The translations under genes and the position numbers were made by a program. A DNA stretch of 64,000 bases from Phoronis australis (lineage: Eukaryota; Animalia; Phoronida): positions 750,985 through 814,984 of the forward strand of contig NMRA01000008.1 in assembly GCA_002633005.1 (NCBI GenBank), in the 5' to 3' direction. Every line of letters starts with the position of its first letter. Position 1 is the first letter of the stretch. Positions 10,201-29,900 of the stretch are shown piece after piece. The notes beneath the pieces were generated by a model that did not search any database, was not told where the DNA came from, and was given only the letters and a program-made list of their open reading frames with translations.

Positions 10201-12470
10201 GTGCTGAAATTGAAAAGAATTCCTTGAAAAACGTAAGAGATATAACATTTTGAACGTTACATGACCTTTGCACTAATTGACCTTATCCGGTGCATTTTAA
10301 GCATCTTTAGGAGAATTATTGCAAAGCCCATGGAAAATGTGTTTAACGCTGAGAATCACAGTTGTCTAACGGTTGACACATCAGAATACTTGCTGATTGA
10401 AAAGGTCAAATTTTCAGAAGAAAAATGCACCTAATGACCCCATGTTTGCACTAAATGACCTGAAACTTTGGATTCCGATTTGATTTACCTGTGGCAATCA
10501 GACCTGTCAATTTGAAGTGTCTAGCTCAAAATTTTAGTTTGCACCTAATGACCTTTGACCTATTTCACCTGATTGGATGACCCGATTACTTAGAAAAGTA
10601 ATTTTTTAAATTGTCATGTTGACTTATACCTGTGCACCGAATTTGAAAAAGATAGCTTTAAAACTGAAGGAGGAGTAGCATTTTGAAAATTATATGACCT
10701 TTGCACCAAACGACCTCTTCCGGTGCAATATGGAATATGATTATATAACCAATCAAAATTTATATACTGTCAAAAGTCATATGCTGAATTTAAAGACCGT
10801 ACCTGCACCCAATTTGGAGTTATTAAGACTCAAAGTTGGTCGGAAGTAGAATAAGAATAAGAAGAATAAGAATAAAATTGAAGAAAACCCAGGAACAACA
10901 GTACTCTGTGCTTACACGCGCAGAGTAAAAAAACAAAAAAGGTCAAGAGCTTGCCAACGCTCTATAACTGAACCATACTTGATTTTGTTTATGTATACAT
11001 ATACTTTTCAGTAGAAATGTACAATGCAACTTTCTTTTTAAAACAGTGCAGGGCAGGGATTTTTACACTTCAGCCTTTGTTTATAAATGTGCTCCTTGCC
11101 AAGGCAAAGAACCATGCTTTGTAAAACTACTTCCACCTGAACACCAAACAGAACTGATTGGAAGGACATTTCTAAACTGTCCAACAGCATCTTCGAGCCA
11201 GTTATTTACATTAGTCCAAAACTGTTGAGCGATGTTACAAGACCAGTACACATGGACAATAGATTCACTTTCATCTATTAAAGCAAAAAGTGCACAATGA
11301 GCTATCAATTATGTCTGCCACCATTCTGTAGTATCCGGGAGATTTAATTTTTCTCTAACATTAACAGGAAAGATAGAATGGTGGCAAGCCATACCGTAAT
11401 TAGTTTTTGCGACCCTAATAGTTATTTCCAGTCAATATGTTTTAACAGGAGACAGTGTGGCTCAATGGTTAAGAGCTCCAGACTCCTGCATGAGAGACCT
11501 GGGTTCAAATCCTGGCTTCACTGGCTGACACTCGAGCATTGCACAATGATGTCCCTATTCCTCTGAACTCGGTCTTACTTGTGAATGTGTGCAAGAGAGT
11601 GAATGAGAACCTGTTCAGGACCATGCTGTATATTAGCCCTTGGCTAAAGCGCGTTTCCTTTATTTAAAAAAAAAAAAAACAGAATTAGCTGTTGTGACGA
11701 GGAAACAGGATCTTGTCTAATTATTGGTGTTTTGTACTGTATTTAGTCTTGGAAATTTATTTCGCGAATTTAAATTTCATCCAGCATTGTAGCTTGACTG
11801 GTTTTTATGCGCCCACATATTTATATGTGGTCGCATATTGCCGTCTTCTTTGTCTGGGCTTCCATCATCCACAGCTGTATCATATAAACCCCTCACGAGA
11901 TCTTGATGACATTTGGCAGATGTGTTCCTATGAAGCTGACGACGAATTTCGGACCGCTACAACTACTGGTGTGCCCCCTAGTTGCAATTTTAGTTTTTTA
12001 TGCTTACCTCTGTATCTTCGTAGGTCCTCGACGGATTTTCATAAAATTTGGCAGTGAGGCATCTTTTAGTGGTATGATTGTATCCTCCTGTTTCCGGATG
12101 GATTCGAGGTACTTTGCACCACCAAGTGGCCATTTTTACTGTTTTTGATTCTGTTTTTTGGCATCCAGCTCTATGGCTATTTTATGTTCAAATAAACACC
12201 CCCTAGAAGCACACCGTTTGCGGTGCATTTGTGGGCACATTTCAACGCTCCGTGTTGCTCCTGTTGTGGCCATTTTGTTTGGAACTGGTTTCACGTGATT
12301 GGACGTCACAGTGAGTGGTTGTAAATATTAGCTTGATGTAAATCATTTATACTGTTTCACCTAGGTCCAGATCATACAGCCACAGTCCCGCCCACGGAAA
12401 CGAAGGAGGTTCCCCTGCCCCCAGGCAGTCACGCAGTCGGTCACACAGCCGTAGCCGTACTCCTACCTAA
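1233..12470 (+). CDS. SRSF10: Serine/arginine-rich splicing factor SRSF10/12-like, paralogue 1 (RRM + RS domain; 202 aa with exon 4a, 191 aa with exon 4b)
   Basis: Exons: 1233-1297, 4491-4595, 5890-5993, 4a 6392-6488 or 4b 6584-6647, 7902-7937, 8688(or 8691)-8783, 12365-12470 (TAA). Translation [34 protein letters not shown]...[22 protein letters not shown]...[11 protein letters not shown], followed by RS/SP repeats. Splice phases are consistent, and the N-terminus and AT-AC intron position match the SRSF10 family. Confidence 0.93.
1414..1551. repeat. Foldback palindrome / hairpin MITE in intron 1
   Basis: Arms of ~60 bp (ctcagcttctgatcgtccccaatacacta...gtatgacactc c gagtgtcatac...tagtgtattggggacgatcagaagctgag) around a 1-nt centre. 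Confidence 0.8.
3689..4194. mobile_element. Non-autonomous DNA transposon (MITE) with CAGGGCTTGGAAT terminal inverted repeats
   Basis: Ends are cagggcttggaat...attccaagccctg, flanked by a GTTTCTT direct repeat on both sides. The interior repeats ttccgc/gcggaa motifs. Confidence 0.8.
4262..4348. mobile_element. Small (~90 bp) palindromic MITE; relatives at ~7747-7835 and ~21071-21170
   Basis: tttacatgggtcccgcatttggagaaccagttt...aaactggttctcagaatctgggaccctgtaaa. A similar ttttgaga...tctcaaaa core recurs at the other two sites. Confidence 0.55.
4596..5889 (+). other. U12-type (minor spliceosome) AT-AC intron, paralogue 1
   Basis: The 5' end is ATATCCTT (4596-4603), the branch point TCCTTAAC is at 5873-5880, and the terminal AC is at 5888-5889. 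Splicing CA|A restores Q-F in RNP1 (RGFAYIQF). Confidence 0.95.
4685..5630 (+). promoter_or_regulatory. Conserved CAAG-rich intronic element with a second U12 5' splice site (5585) and ATTAAA (5623); putative autoregulatory cassette
   Basis: Aligns by eye in several blocks with 17830-18750 of paralogue 2. About 22 CAAG by manual count, ATATCCT at 5585-5591 and ATTAAA at 5623-5628. Confidence 0.7.
9677..10928 (-). mobile_element. Non-autonomous Helitron/Helentron-like element (family A)
   Basis: The minus-strand 3' end has the hairpin TTATTGTCACGCCGTGACAATAA (9687-9709) shortly before CTAGT. It has subterminal inverted repeats actctgcgcgtg / cacgcgcagagt and an internal diverged tandem duplication. 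A second copy is at 31231-31825. Confidence 0.75.
11448..11679 (+). mobile_element. tRNA-derived SINE
   Basis: A box TGGCTCAATGG (11458), B box GGTTCAAATCC (11502) and an A-tail. A related copy is at 28868-29080. Confidence 0.75.
11802..12265 (+). mobile_element. Helentron/HINE-like non-autonomous element (family B)
   Basis: Starts tttttatgcgcccacatatttatatgtgg and ends gtgggcacatttcaacgctccgtgttgctcctgtt (subterminal inverted repeat plus 3' hairpin). The same ends occur at 21363-23331, at 34632-35877 (minus) and as a 3' fragment near 7275-7482. Confidence 0.7.
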
Positions 12471-15400
12471 TGACTGAACAAAAGAGCACATAATTTTGGA
12501 GCAGCACATTCGTGTACTGGATTGTTCTGTGACATTTTAAACCATTTTTAAAGGAACATTTATTTTGTAGTTGCGAAGTTTTTTTACTTTGTGTCATTGT
12601 GTAAGGTGTTGGCTTTCCATGGTTGAGACCTTGGTTTGCAATTGGTAATCCGTCTCGTTTCATTGTCAGTTATTGTAAATGTTATGAATTGTGAGAAAAT
12701 CTGTTGAACATAAGTTAGACTGTCATTGTATTCCCATTGGAATCTTTCAAAGCTGCAGTTAGCTTGTTCAATTTTTATTCGCATAATGTCTTTTGTAAAT
12801 ATGTGTTTAAATAGTAATAATGAACTTGAAATATTATACTGAATGTGTCTGATGTTAATTCATAAGACGGCAGAAATGCATTAAGGTGTTCGCCATGACT
12901 ATTGTTCTGATAAAGCAACCTGTCATGGGATGGTTTGTTTAATGTTAGTACTCATACTGACTATTCCTTGCAAAATGGCAATTTTTAATTGAAATTGTTG
13001 GTGGATACATTTGAAAGGTCAAAATATCTCCATTCATTCCAAAAGGAAATAGTAAGAGATGTTTATGACATACAACAGCCCTGGAAACTGGAAGACAGAT
13101 GTAACCGTCTTATTTCGTGTCTTGACTTGTATCTTTTGAGAAATACAAAACAGTGACTCAACGGTGAGATAGTGTCCCAGTAGACTCAAGGTATATGTAG
13201 TAATATCCTGTGGTTTGCATTCTTAGCTTCACTCAGGGAACTTATCAAGTTTTAACCAATCTCAGCAAACATGTGTTGATATTGTGTGAACAATCGCCAG
13301 GTCTGGGTCAAAGTCAAGAATTTTGAGTTAGAGGGCCCTGGATCGCTTTTTGTGTATGTAAATGAAGTGAACATCCTAAAATCAATTTATAAAATTTAGA
13401 GTCACAATACTGCAGTGAGATGCTGTTAGTAATAATTGTTTATTTTAAGTTACGTTGGTCGCTATTTGGGATGATCAAAAATAGCCAGTTTCAAATCAAG
13501 TTAAAGTAAGAATGAAACAATTAACCCAAAAATAACACTCATGTATTCCAACAACCGTACTGTCACAGAAAACGGGAAGTATTAAATTCCGTCTTATTCC
13601 AGCACTCTATTTTTGTGAGGTAGCACTGTCAGTGAAAGATGTCCCAAGAGTGGTACTCGTCTTGTCCATACAAGCGTAAGTGCATGATCCTATGTGTATG
13701 CGAAAGACCTAAGCAAAGTTTTCTTTAAGAAGTGCATTATTTCCGATACAGGAGCATGTGTAATGGGTATCGATTTTTGCTGGCTAATGTATCTACGTGC
13801 CGCACTGAAGCATCGTAAAAATGATAAGGTTTAAAATTGAAAAGATATAACAATTAGGCTGTATTCGCACTGTTTATAGTAGCTGGCTAGAAACGAAAAC
13901 CGGATTTGTCTTTACTCTCATAAAATATGTTTTAGCTCCTTAGCGTGATGGGATACCAAAACGTTATCAAAACTTTGATGAAGACCCGAGACCGTTCGCA
14001 AAGTTTAGAAAGCGCTTCAGAGCCGATTCCAGCCTTCAAAAATTTGTACATGCATTGTCGGTAACGGAAGGGAGTCCTGTCACCACCAGGAAGAATATGA
14101 GACCAGCTATGACCGTAAAAGAGCCAATTCGATTTTCATTTTTAACCAGATCAAAAACGACAAAATGCGGCCAAGCAGCTTCGTACAGCTGTATCCTCGA
14201 ATTCCATAGTAACATATGACATTACCAAAAACAGATATGATAGGTGAATTCTAATGCATGGCGCATGGCCAAATTCCGATGCACCCGATTTCTCACCGTG
14301 TGACCTATAATTGAAGTCGAGGCGGTGCAGGTGCATGCATGCAAGTGCGCAGTACTTGCATCGATCGATACGTAAGTACCACGGGGTATCCTGCAACCAA
14401 ATTTAGGAGCCTGCCGTCCTAAAGGCATAAAGCACCCCTCTTCCTCAGTGGTTGGTCCGGGGGGTCGGTAAAAATTTACGTTTTGTTCCACGACCGAATT
14501 GCTACACATGAACCCCGTTCATCCCAATCGTCTTACGAGCGTCAGTACTTGGGATCGAAACGCTGGACGTCGAAACTGTCGGAATTTAATCGCAAACCAG
14601 TTTACATATAATTATAAACTACAGTGGTAACTGGCAGGCATTTAATATATAGAGCGAAAGTTTTGTCGTTCCGCAAACTCGGCGCATTCACTGTCAGGGC
14701 CGTAGGAAGCGGGGGGACACGGCGCCACGAGCCCCCCCCAAAAAAAATTTCAGGTGTCGGGGTTAAACCGTGGCAACCGATATAGGCGTGGGCCAGGGAC
14801 AGTCGAGAAAGGAAAGACAGCGAAATACGTCGGATGAGAGAGAAAATTCAAAGAATATTTAACAACTCTACATCAGTGCATGGTTTACCTTTGAGGACCC
14901 TGGCCAGGACATTGTCGTTAGGGTCTCCGCTTTTGCAGCAAACGCGCTTGAAAATGTCGCACAAAAAATCGAGAAATTTTGTAAAGCGGAGCGTACTAAT
15001 TTACTGGATTTTTAAATTCAATAAGTCAATTTTGGGGGGTGCAAAACTATATTTTTCCAGATGCAAGAGATAACGGAGAGAACATTCGCTTTAGTCTCGA
15101 AACTATATCTTGAGAAAAATTGATGACCTGACAGAATCCATGCAATTGCTGCGTATTTCTTGATATTTGAAAATATAGATATTTTCATATTTAGGAGCCC
15201 CCCCCCCTCTTGAGGGAGGCCATAATGGTGACATTCAAGTGGCCACCTTAATTGTGTTCAGCATGGGGCCCGGCTCGAGAAGGCCCAATGTTGAATCGCC
15301 TTTACCCTCTATATATTCTGTTTTTTGTGACATCGTGCAACCGTGCGAATCAGATTTGTAACAAATTTCCTATAGGCCGATATCGATATTCCTATAGGAA

Positions 15401-16042
15401 TTACTATAGGAAATCTTGACCCTATAGAAATCCTATAGGACCCCATTCCTACAGGATCCTATATTTTCGTATAGGAATTCTTGGGCCTGCATTGTGGACA
15501 ACTGGCGATGGCCTCTTTAATAGTAAACTGTCTAATTTTCTACATAATCAGTTGTGCAATTATTCGCTCCGTCCCTTCTTCAAAAAAACACCCATGTTTT
15601 GACAAAACGAGGTTGCGGAAGCCCGGCGCAGTCGTGAAACGTGCGAGCGAGCATCCGATAGAACTCTGACTCAGTGAGAACCCGATCTACCCGATAAGCC
15701 TATAACGATTACCTCGTAAAACACGGACGTTTTTCTTACCACTGACAATTTACGAGCGTAAAAAATGGGCACCACTGAACTTTCCCCTCAAGGTCTAACC
15801 ATATCAGTCTTGCACTGTCCCGCCCGCTCATCCCGCTCTTGCTCTCTGGCTCTATCTATCACACCCAAAGACAGTTACCATAGTATCTTTGTCACACCGG
15901 ACAGTTTCGCGCCCTTGTTGTCGGACGCGGTCGGTCTTACACGAGTGTCGTCGGATAAACTGGTTCCCTCACAAGATTTGTATTGAAATTGTTTGTGATA
16001 ACCAGTCCTCCTCCATCTTTGTTCGCATCCATATTTGATAGA

Positions 16043-24621
<8,579 letters not shown>

Positions 24622-25672
24622 CTCGGAACGAGAACAATAGACTGTCGGATATTGCCTACGTGACAACAGGAGACACTCAATTTTATGTACTGGACTGTTT
24701 GTTATACTCGCACTCATTTTAATGGAGCATTTGCTATAGCAGAGATGTTTTTTGCTTCTTGTACGAGATGGAGATATGGTTGGTTGCTCTGCTTTGATCA
24801 TTGGCAGTCACAGAAGTAACCTATTGATCAGTTTGTGTTTGCCATCTTTTGTAAATACGTATGTTTTTAGGAACTATGAACTTGTAATAATATGTAGAGG
24901 TGTCACATTCTGTTAGATTCAAGTAACTAGCTACTGTCTAATGGTAACACTGCCAGCTAGACTAGCTACTGTCTAATGGTAACACTGCCAGCTAGTGCAG
25001 CATATACTTTCACTAAAATGTTTATAGGTGTATTGTGTAAATATAGTGTGACACAAGTAAGGTCCTATGGGACCCAGAAATTTTATGTGATTAAGGAAAA
25101 TCCAAAATAGTTCAAGACTAGAATTACCGCGTTTGGAAAATCCGACTTGTGCAACTTTTAGTGTATTAACAGTGTTTGTAACAAAATACTTGATGATTAC
25201 ATTTGACTTTTAATATAGGCATCACTCCAGTGTACTGTTTGGTTAATATTACTCTGACAATCTACGTGCAGGTTGTGGTAATGAAGTATAAGGAGTTACT
25301 TAATTGCAAAGTAGAATTGCCTTATTGACGAGGGCTAATCTAGGTTTGGAAGTAGTCAGTGAACACCTCCATTCAAAAAAATTGCATAAAATTTATTTCA
25401 TTGCCTCAATACTGCATAAATCTGAATTGAGTTGTACTTCAAAATTAAAATGTTACCAAGTTTTCCAAATATACATACACTAATTTTCCTTTCAATTTCA
25501 AGACATTGTTAAAATACAAATAAGAGACCACACTGCTCCTTGGGAGTGCTCCAGTAACACTTCCTAGTTGAAATACAGCAGCTAATCCTTGAAATACAAT
25601 CCTAAAAATATATTCCAATAACATTTGGCAAAAATCCACCTAGTGTGTAATTGATTTGCGAGGTGTTACTAT

Positions 25673-26174
25673 GGGGCCTTTCATACTAACGTCGACGTGT
25701 CTATGGTTTGGGGAGTTGCGGTCAGTATGAACGGTTAACTCCGGTCCTGGGTCGCAGTTAACAGCTCCAGTTTACATCGCTGTTAACAGGTGGATTTACG
25801 ACCGCAGCGTCGACGCTGCGGTGCAGTATGAACGCTTAACTCCGGTCCAAGTAATCGCTTGGTGCCACTGTTATCGTCAACAGTTACAGAGTAGTGCCGT
25901 CACTAATAACTACTTATTTTTTGCTATAATAATAACCAATCGATTTAAAAATAAGTTTAATGTCATTTAGCACATTTAAATGTTCCCAAATTGTTACATT
26001 GAAAAAAATTTTAGCATGCAGTGCTACCTTGCGGTAACTTCGATGACGTCCGCATCACCAACCCTTTACTTCGATGGTCATTAACTACCGAAGCCAGTAT
26101 GAATGATCCAGTTAACTGCACTGTTTACGTCGACACTCAGCTCAGACCGGAGTTAAGTCAATATGAAAGGGCCT
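25673..26174. mobile_element. MITE, possibly PIF/Harbinger-like
   Basis: Ends are ggggcctttcatactaac...gtcaatatgaaagggcct, flanked by tat/tat. The interior repeats cagtatgaa/gttaact motifs. Confidence 0.6.
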
Positions 26175-26936
26175 TATAGCTCTGTGTTGAGACATTCCAG
26201 CTAATGCTTGAAATACAATCCTAAAAAAATAAATGCTTGCATTTTAAAGATATTAACAATTACTAAAAACAAGATTGGACTGCATTTAGTCGTGTCAGAC
26301 GCAATGCACGTGTGATAATTGTGGGTACTACCTATTGAAAGCCCTAGTGTATCCATAAACCTCATCTCAACTTTTTAGATGTAACCTTAATTTTAAAGCC
26401 TTGTGCATTTCTAATTAGGTCAAGACGAAGTCACAAACTTCAAACGCGAATAAAGTACCATTGTGGAATTGTGTAACTAAGAAAACTAAATTTGCCCTCT
26501 GAAAAAACGAGAGTCCACTCAAAACATTGATCAAAACAATTATTTTCTGATAGTTCACTATGTGACATGATAAGATATACAGCAAACCTTCACCAAGGCA
26601 CTACAGTTCTCATTTATATGCAATTATACGTGAATTTATGCAGCACCAAATTTGTAAATTAGCAACACACGTCCTACGCATGCATTTGGGTCTTGAAGGG
26701 TGTTGTGCTCTACAAAATGTTCAATTTTACCTATGGTTGTAAATCAGCCTTCTAAATGTGGCTGGTGTTTATTGTCTGTTAAGTTGATCCCTGTTAAAAG
26801 TCAACACATCGCTTCATGATCATGGCTAATGAGAAAATGTTTTATTACCCACAGTTGATTTCAAATAACTGTACCCCAAATGCATACAAAGAAAGTGTGA
26901 TACAGGCACTGAAAATCATAGATCACGGTACTGTAC

Positions 26937-29900
26937 TTAAAGTCCTTTGTTGTAATACAGAAATTCACCCGTGCTTCTAGCTTGTAACTCATTCTCTAGC
27001 TTTGCCCGCTGAATCTGCAACAAGATTGATGAATAGGTCTCTCCACGAGCTCAAATTCTAAGAATCAATTTAACAAAACAGCAGTATGTTAAATGCTCTT
27101 CACTTTAGCACACTCAGTGGTCAAGTAACATCGGTACATAGAAATGTTTGGTAGTGTCTTAGAACCCCCTTTGTGTCCAACACTCGGCTTCAACATAAAT
27201 TAAAGCATGATAGCCCATTAAGCAGGTTCTGACTAGCTGCGATTCTAACCACTTGTGTAAGCTAATCGGTGCTGACAGTCTGAGGAAACGATTGATTTTT
27301 ACTCTCAGAGCCGCATTTCAATAAGAATCTATGATGAATAGGGTTGGCTTATGAAAGGAAAGCTAAAATAAGCATTTAACAGGCGAGAGAAAATCAATTT
27401 AATTTGCTGATTTCTAATGACAATATCTCAGAATATGAAGACAAAGCATGACATTGTACAGGTTATTTTGCATGCTGTTTTATGGGAAATGATTCATTTT
27501 TGACATTTCTTAGGAAAAACCAGTGCAACATTAAGTGGGCTCCATTTTAAATTTACCAAGTTAAGGCTGCTATAATGCAAAACTTGTAACTTCCATACCA
27601 AGCCCTGCAGGTAGATTTATTTTGATGTCTTCCCCCCATGTTTTTATGGTCAGTGAGTCTAATGGAGCTTAAGTTCGCATATGGTGGACAAATGGAACTT
27701 TATTTTGTCCTCTAGAAAAATAATCTAGTTGAAGTTGAATTATGTCAGTAGCGTGATTAGTTCGGTACTGTACAACTTTCAAAAACAAAAAAATATAAAG
27801 TAAAAGTTTGAGCAGTTTAAAAAGCCTTTGAAATATACAAAAACGGCAAATTCTGCCATTATTTTAGTGGGAAATTGAAAAAAATTACCAGTATAATTGT
27901 CTTTTTATTAGTACAATAAATAAATTTTGTAGCTGTAACATGAACAATGATCTCCACCTAGTGGGTAACTGTGTAATCACTTAAAAGTACGAATGCTAAC
28001 TCACTTGCATTGGTGCTTGGGACCAGCAGCTTGTTTCGTGAAAAGTGATTTAACTGGATAAAAAGGTCAGGCTAACTTGACAGTACGAAGATATTTTTTC
28101 TTGAACACAAAATCAGTTCTTGCCCATTGGTCTGAAGTTGGACAAAAATTAAGTCAGTCTTTGTGACTGTTATGTTTTTGCCACGGCTGTACTGCCTACG
28201 CTTTCGCCACCTGTTGAGGATTTGCAAGATTAAGGGAGGCAATGTGTGAAATCCACTTTTTGGAATAGTTGACTCTTCCGTTTCATATTGAGGATTTGAA
28301 AGTCATTTATTTGAGGAGATGCTGGCATAGCTGGAAAACATCACTTTGGAAGTTCAGCTATGAAGTCAAGGTGTTTTGCTGATTCTCCAACCGAATGCAA
28401 ACAATTCAAATTTGACATTATTTTGGGCCATGAGATTACAAAACAGTGAAAAATATGGACAAAGTTTGCTTAACAATACGTATCCAGTGATGAAAATTGT
28501 ATACTTTTTGTTATTTAGCAGGCTAAATTTCAGTCTCGGCTATGTAACTATTTATTTGTCGGTATACTAGCCTGTGGCTAATGTTTTCTCTTTTTTATTT
28601 TAAGCCGACTGTGAATAAAATGACTCGACTTGACTTGACTTGATCGACTAACTCAGTCTTAATTTTGGTCTCAAGATATTTCAGGAAATGGTATCTTTTG
28701 TAAGCTTGACTTCGGTCTAAGTTACCATTTCATAAAACGGGCCTCAAGCTCGAGAAGTTGGCTCGTTGCAGCACATCATTTATGTGATGTGCATGGCCCC
28801 ATGCAGCAATGCATTGTTAGTTCCTCCTAGAAAGCCCTTCACAGAACTCACTTCTCATCAAAGAGAGAAAGAGAGTGTGGCTCAGTGGTTTGAGCTCCGA
28901 ATTCCCGTTTGGGAGACCCGGGTTCGAATCCTGGCTTTACTGGCAGACAATCGAGCATTGCAAAGGTGTCTGCCACTCCTTTGAGCCCGTATTTGTACAG
29001 ATTGCATGCAAGGGAGTGAATCAAAAAACCTGGACACAGTGGAAAAGTGATTTCTGGTCGTGTCCTTATATTTAAAAAAATCAGAGTCACTGGTTTATTC
29101 TCACCTTTGAGTACTGAGGAAACAAAGCTATTGCAACTGGCAACGCTCCACCAAATGCTAAAGTGCACACTAGAGCATTCAAAGGCAGGTGCATCTTGGG
29201 GTAGGTCTTCAAAAACTTCGTTCTGAAATGAAAATGATTAACAAATTGTATGTAATTGTTTATGTGGTGACTACCGAAGTGCTAGGTTTTTGTTTTACAA
29301 CACTATTAATTTTAATTCAAAAATAATACAAACAAACAAAGGAATACCCATTCTCGATTGGCCAGTATTTGCAGACTAGCATTCACTCTACTCAGTTCAT
29401 TCTTTATGGTTCTAAGCCCAAAGAATTGCATGTTCACTACATTCTTTATCAGTAAAGCAACTGAAGTCAATTGAATTTTACAATTCAGTGAAAATGATTT
29501 GAAAATGTACTTAATGGAACACATTTCGTAACGCTTGTTAACTAAGTGCATGGCTTATTGAACTTCAGACGCTTCTAGGTTTGCAAGTGTTTAAAGTTGG
29601 CAGGAGTAAAACCTCATCTGACACCAGTGGAAATGAGGGTGGCAAATAATTGACCTTGATTTATCAACTATACAGGGTGCCTCAAATAATTCATTTTGAT
29701 TTATCAACTATACAGAGTATCTCAAATAATTGACCTTGATTTATCAACTATACAGGGTGACTCAAAATGATGGACTAAATTTGAGGGCAGAGGATTTCAT
29801 GATGGCACTGTAACAAAAACGTCTACTGACTGAAAAATCTCACCATATTTTTTAAGAAGACATCAAGTGCCACTTAAGTGATGCTCTATCAAGCATTTTA

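Noticed and set aside
11448-11520. tRNA genes at 11448, 28868 and 50796
   Set aside because: A and B boxes are present, but I could not fold a proper acceptor stem or cloverleaf, and they continue into shared SINE or MITE bodies.
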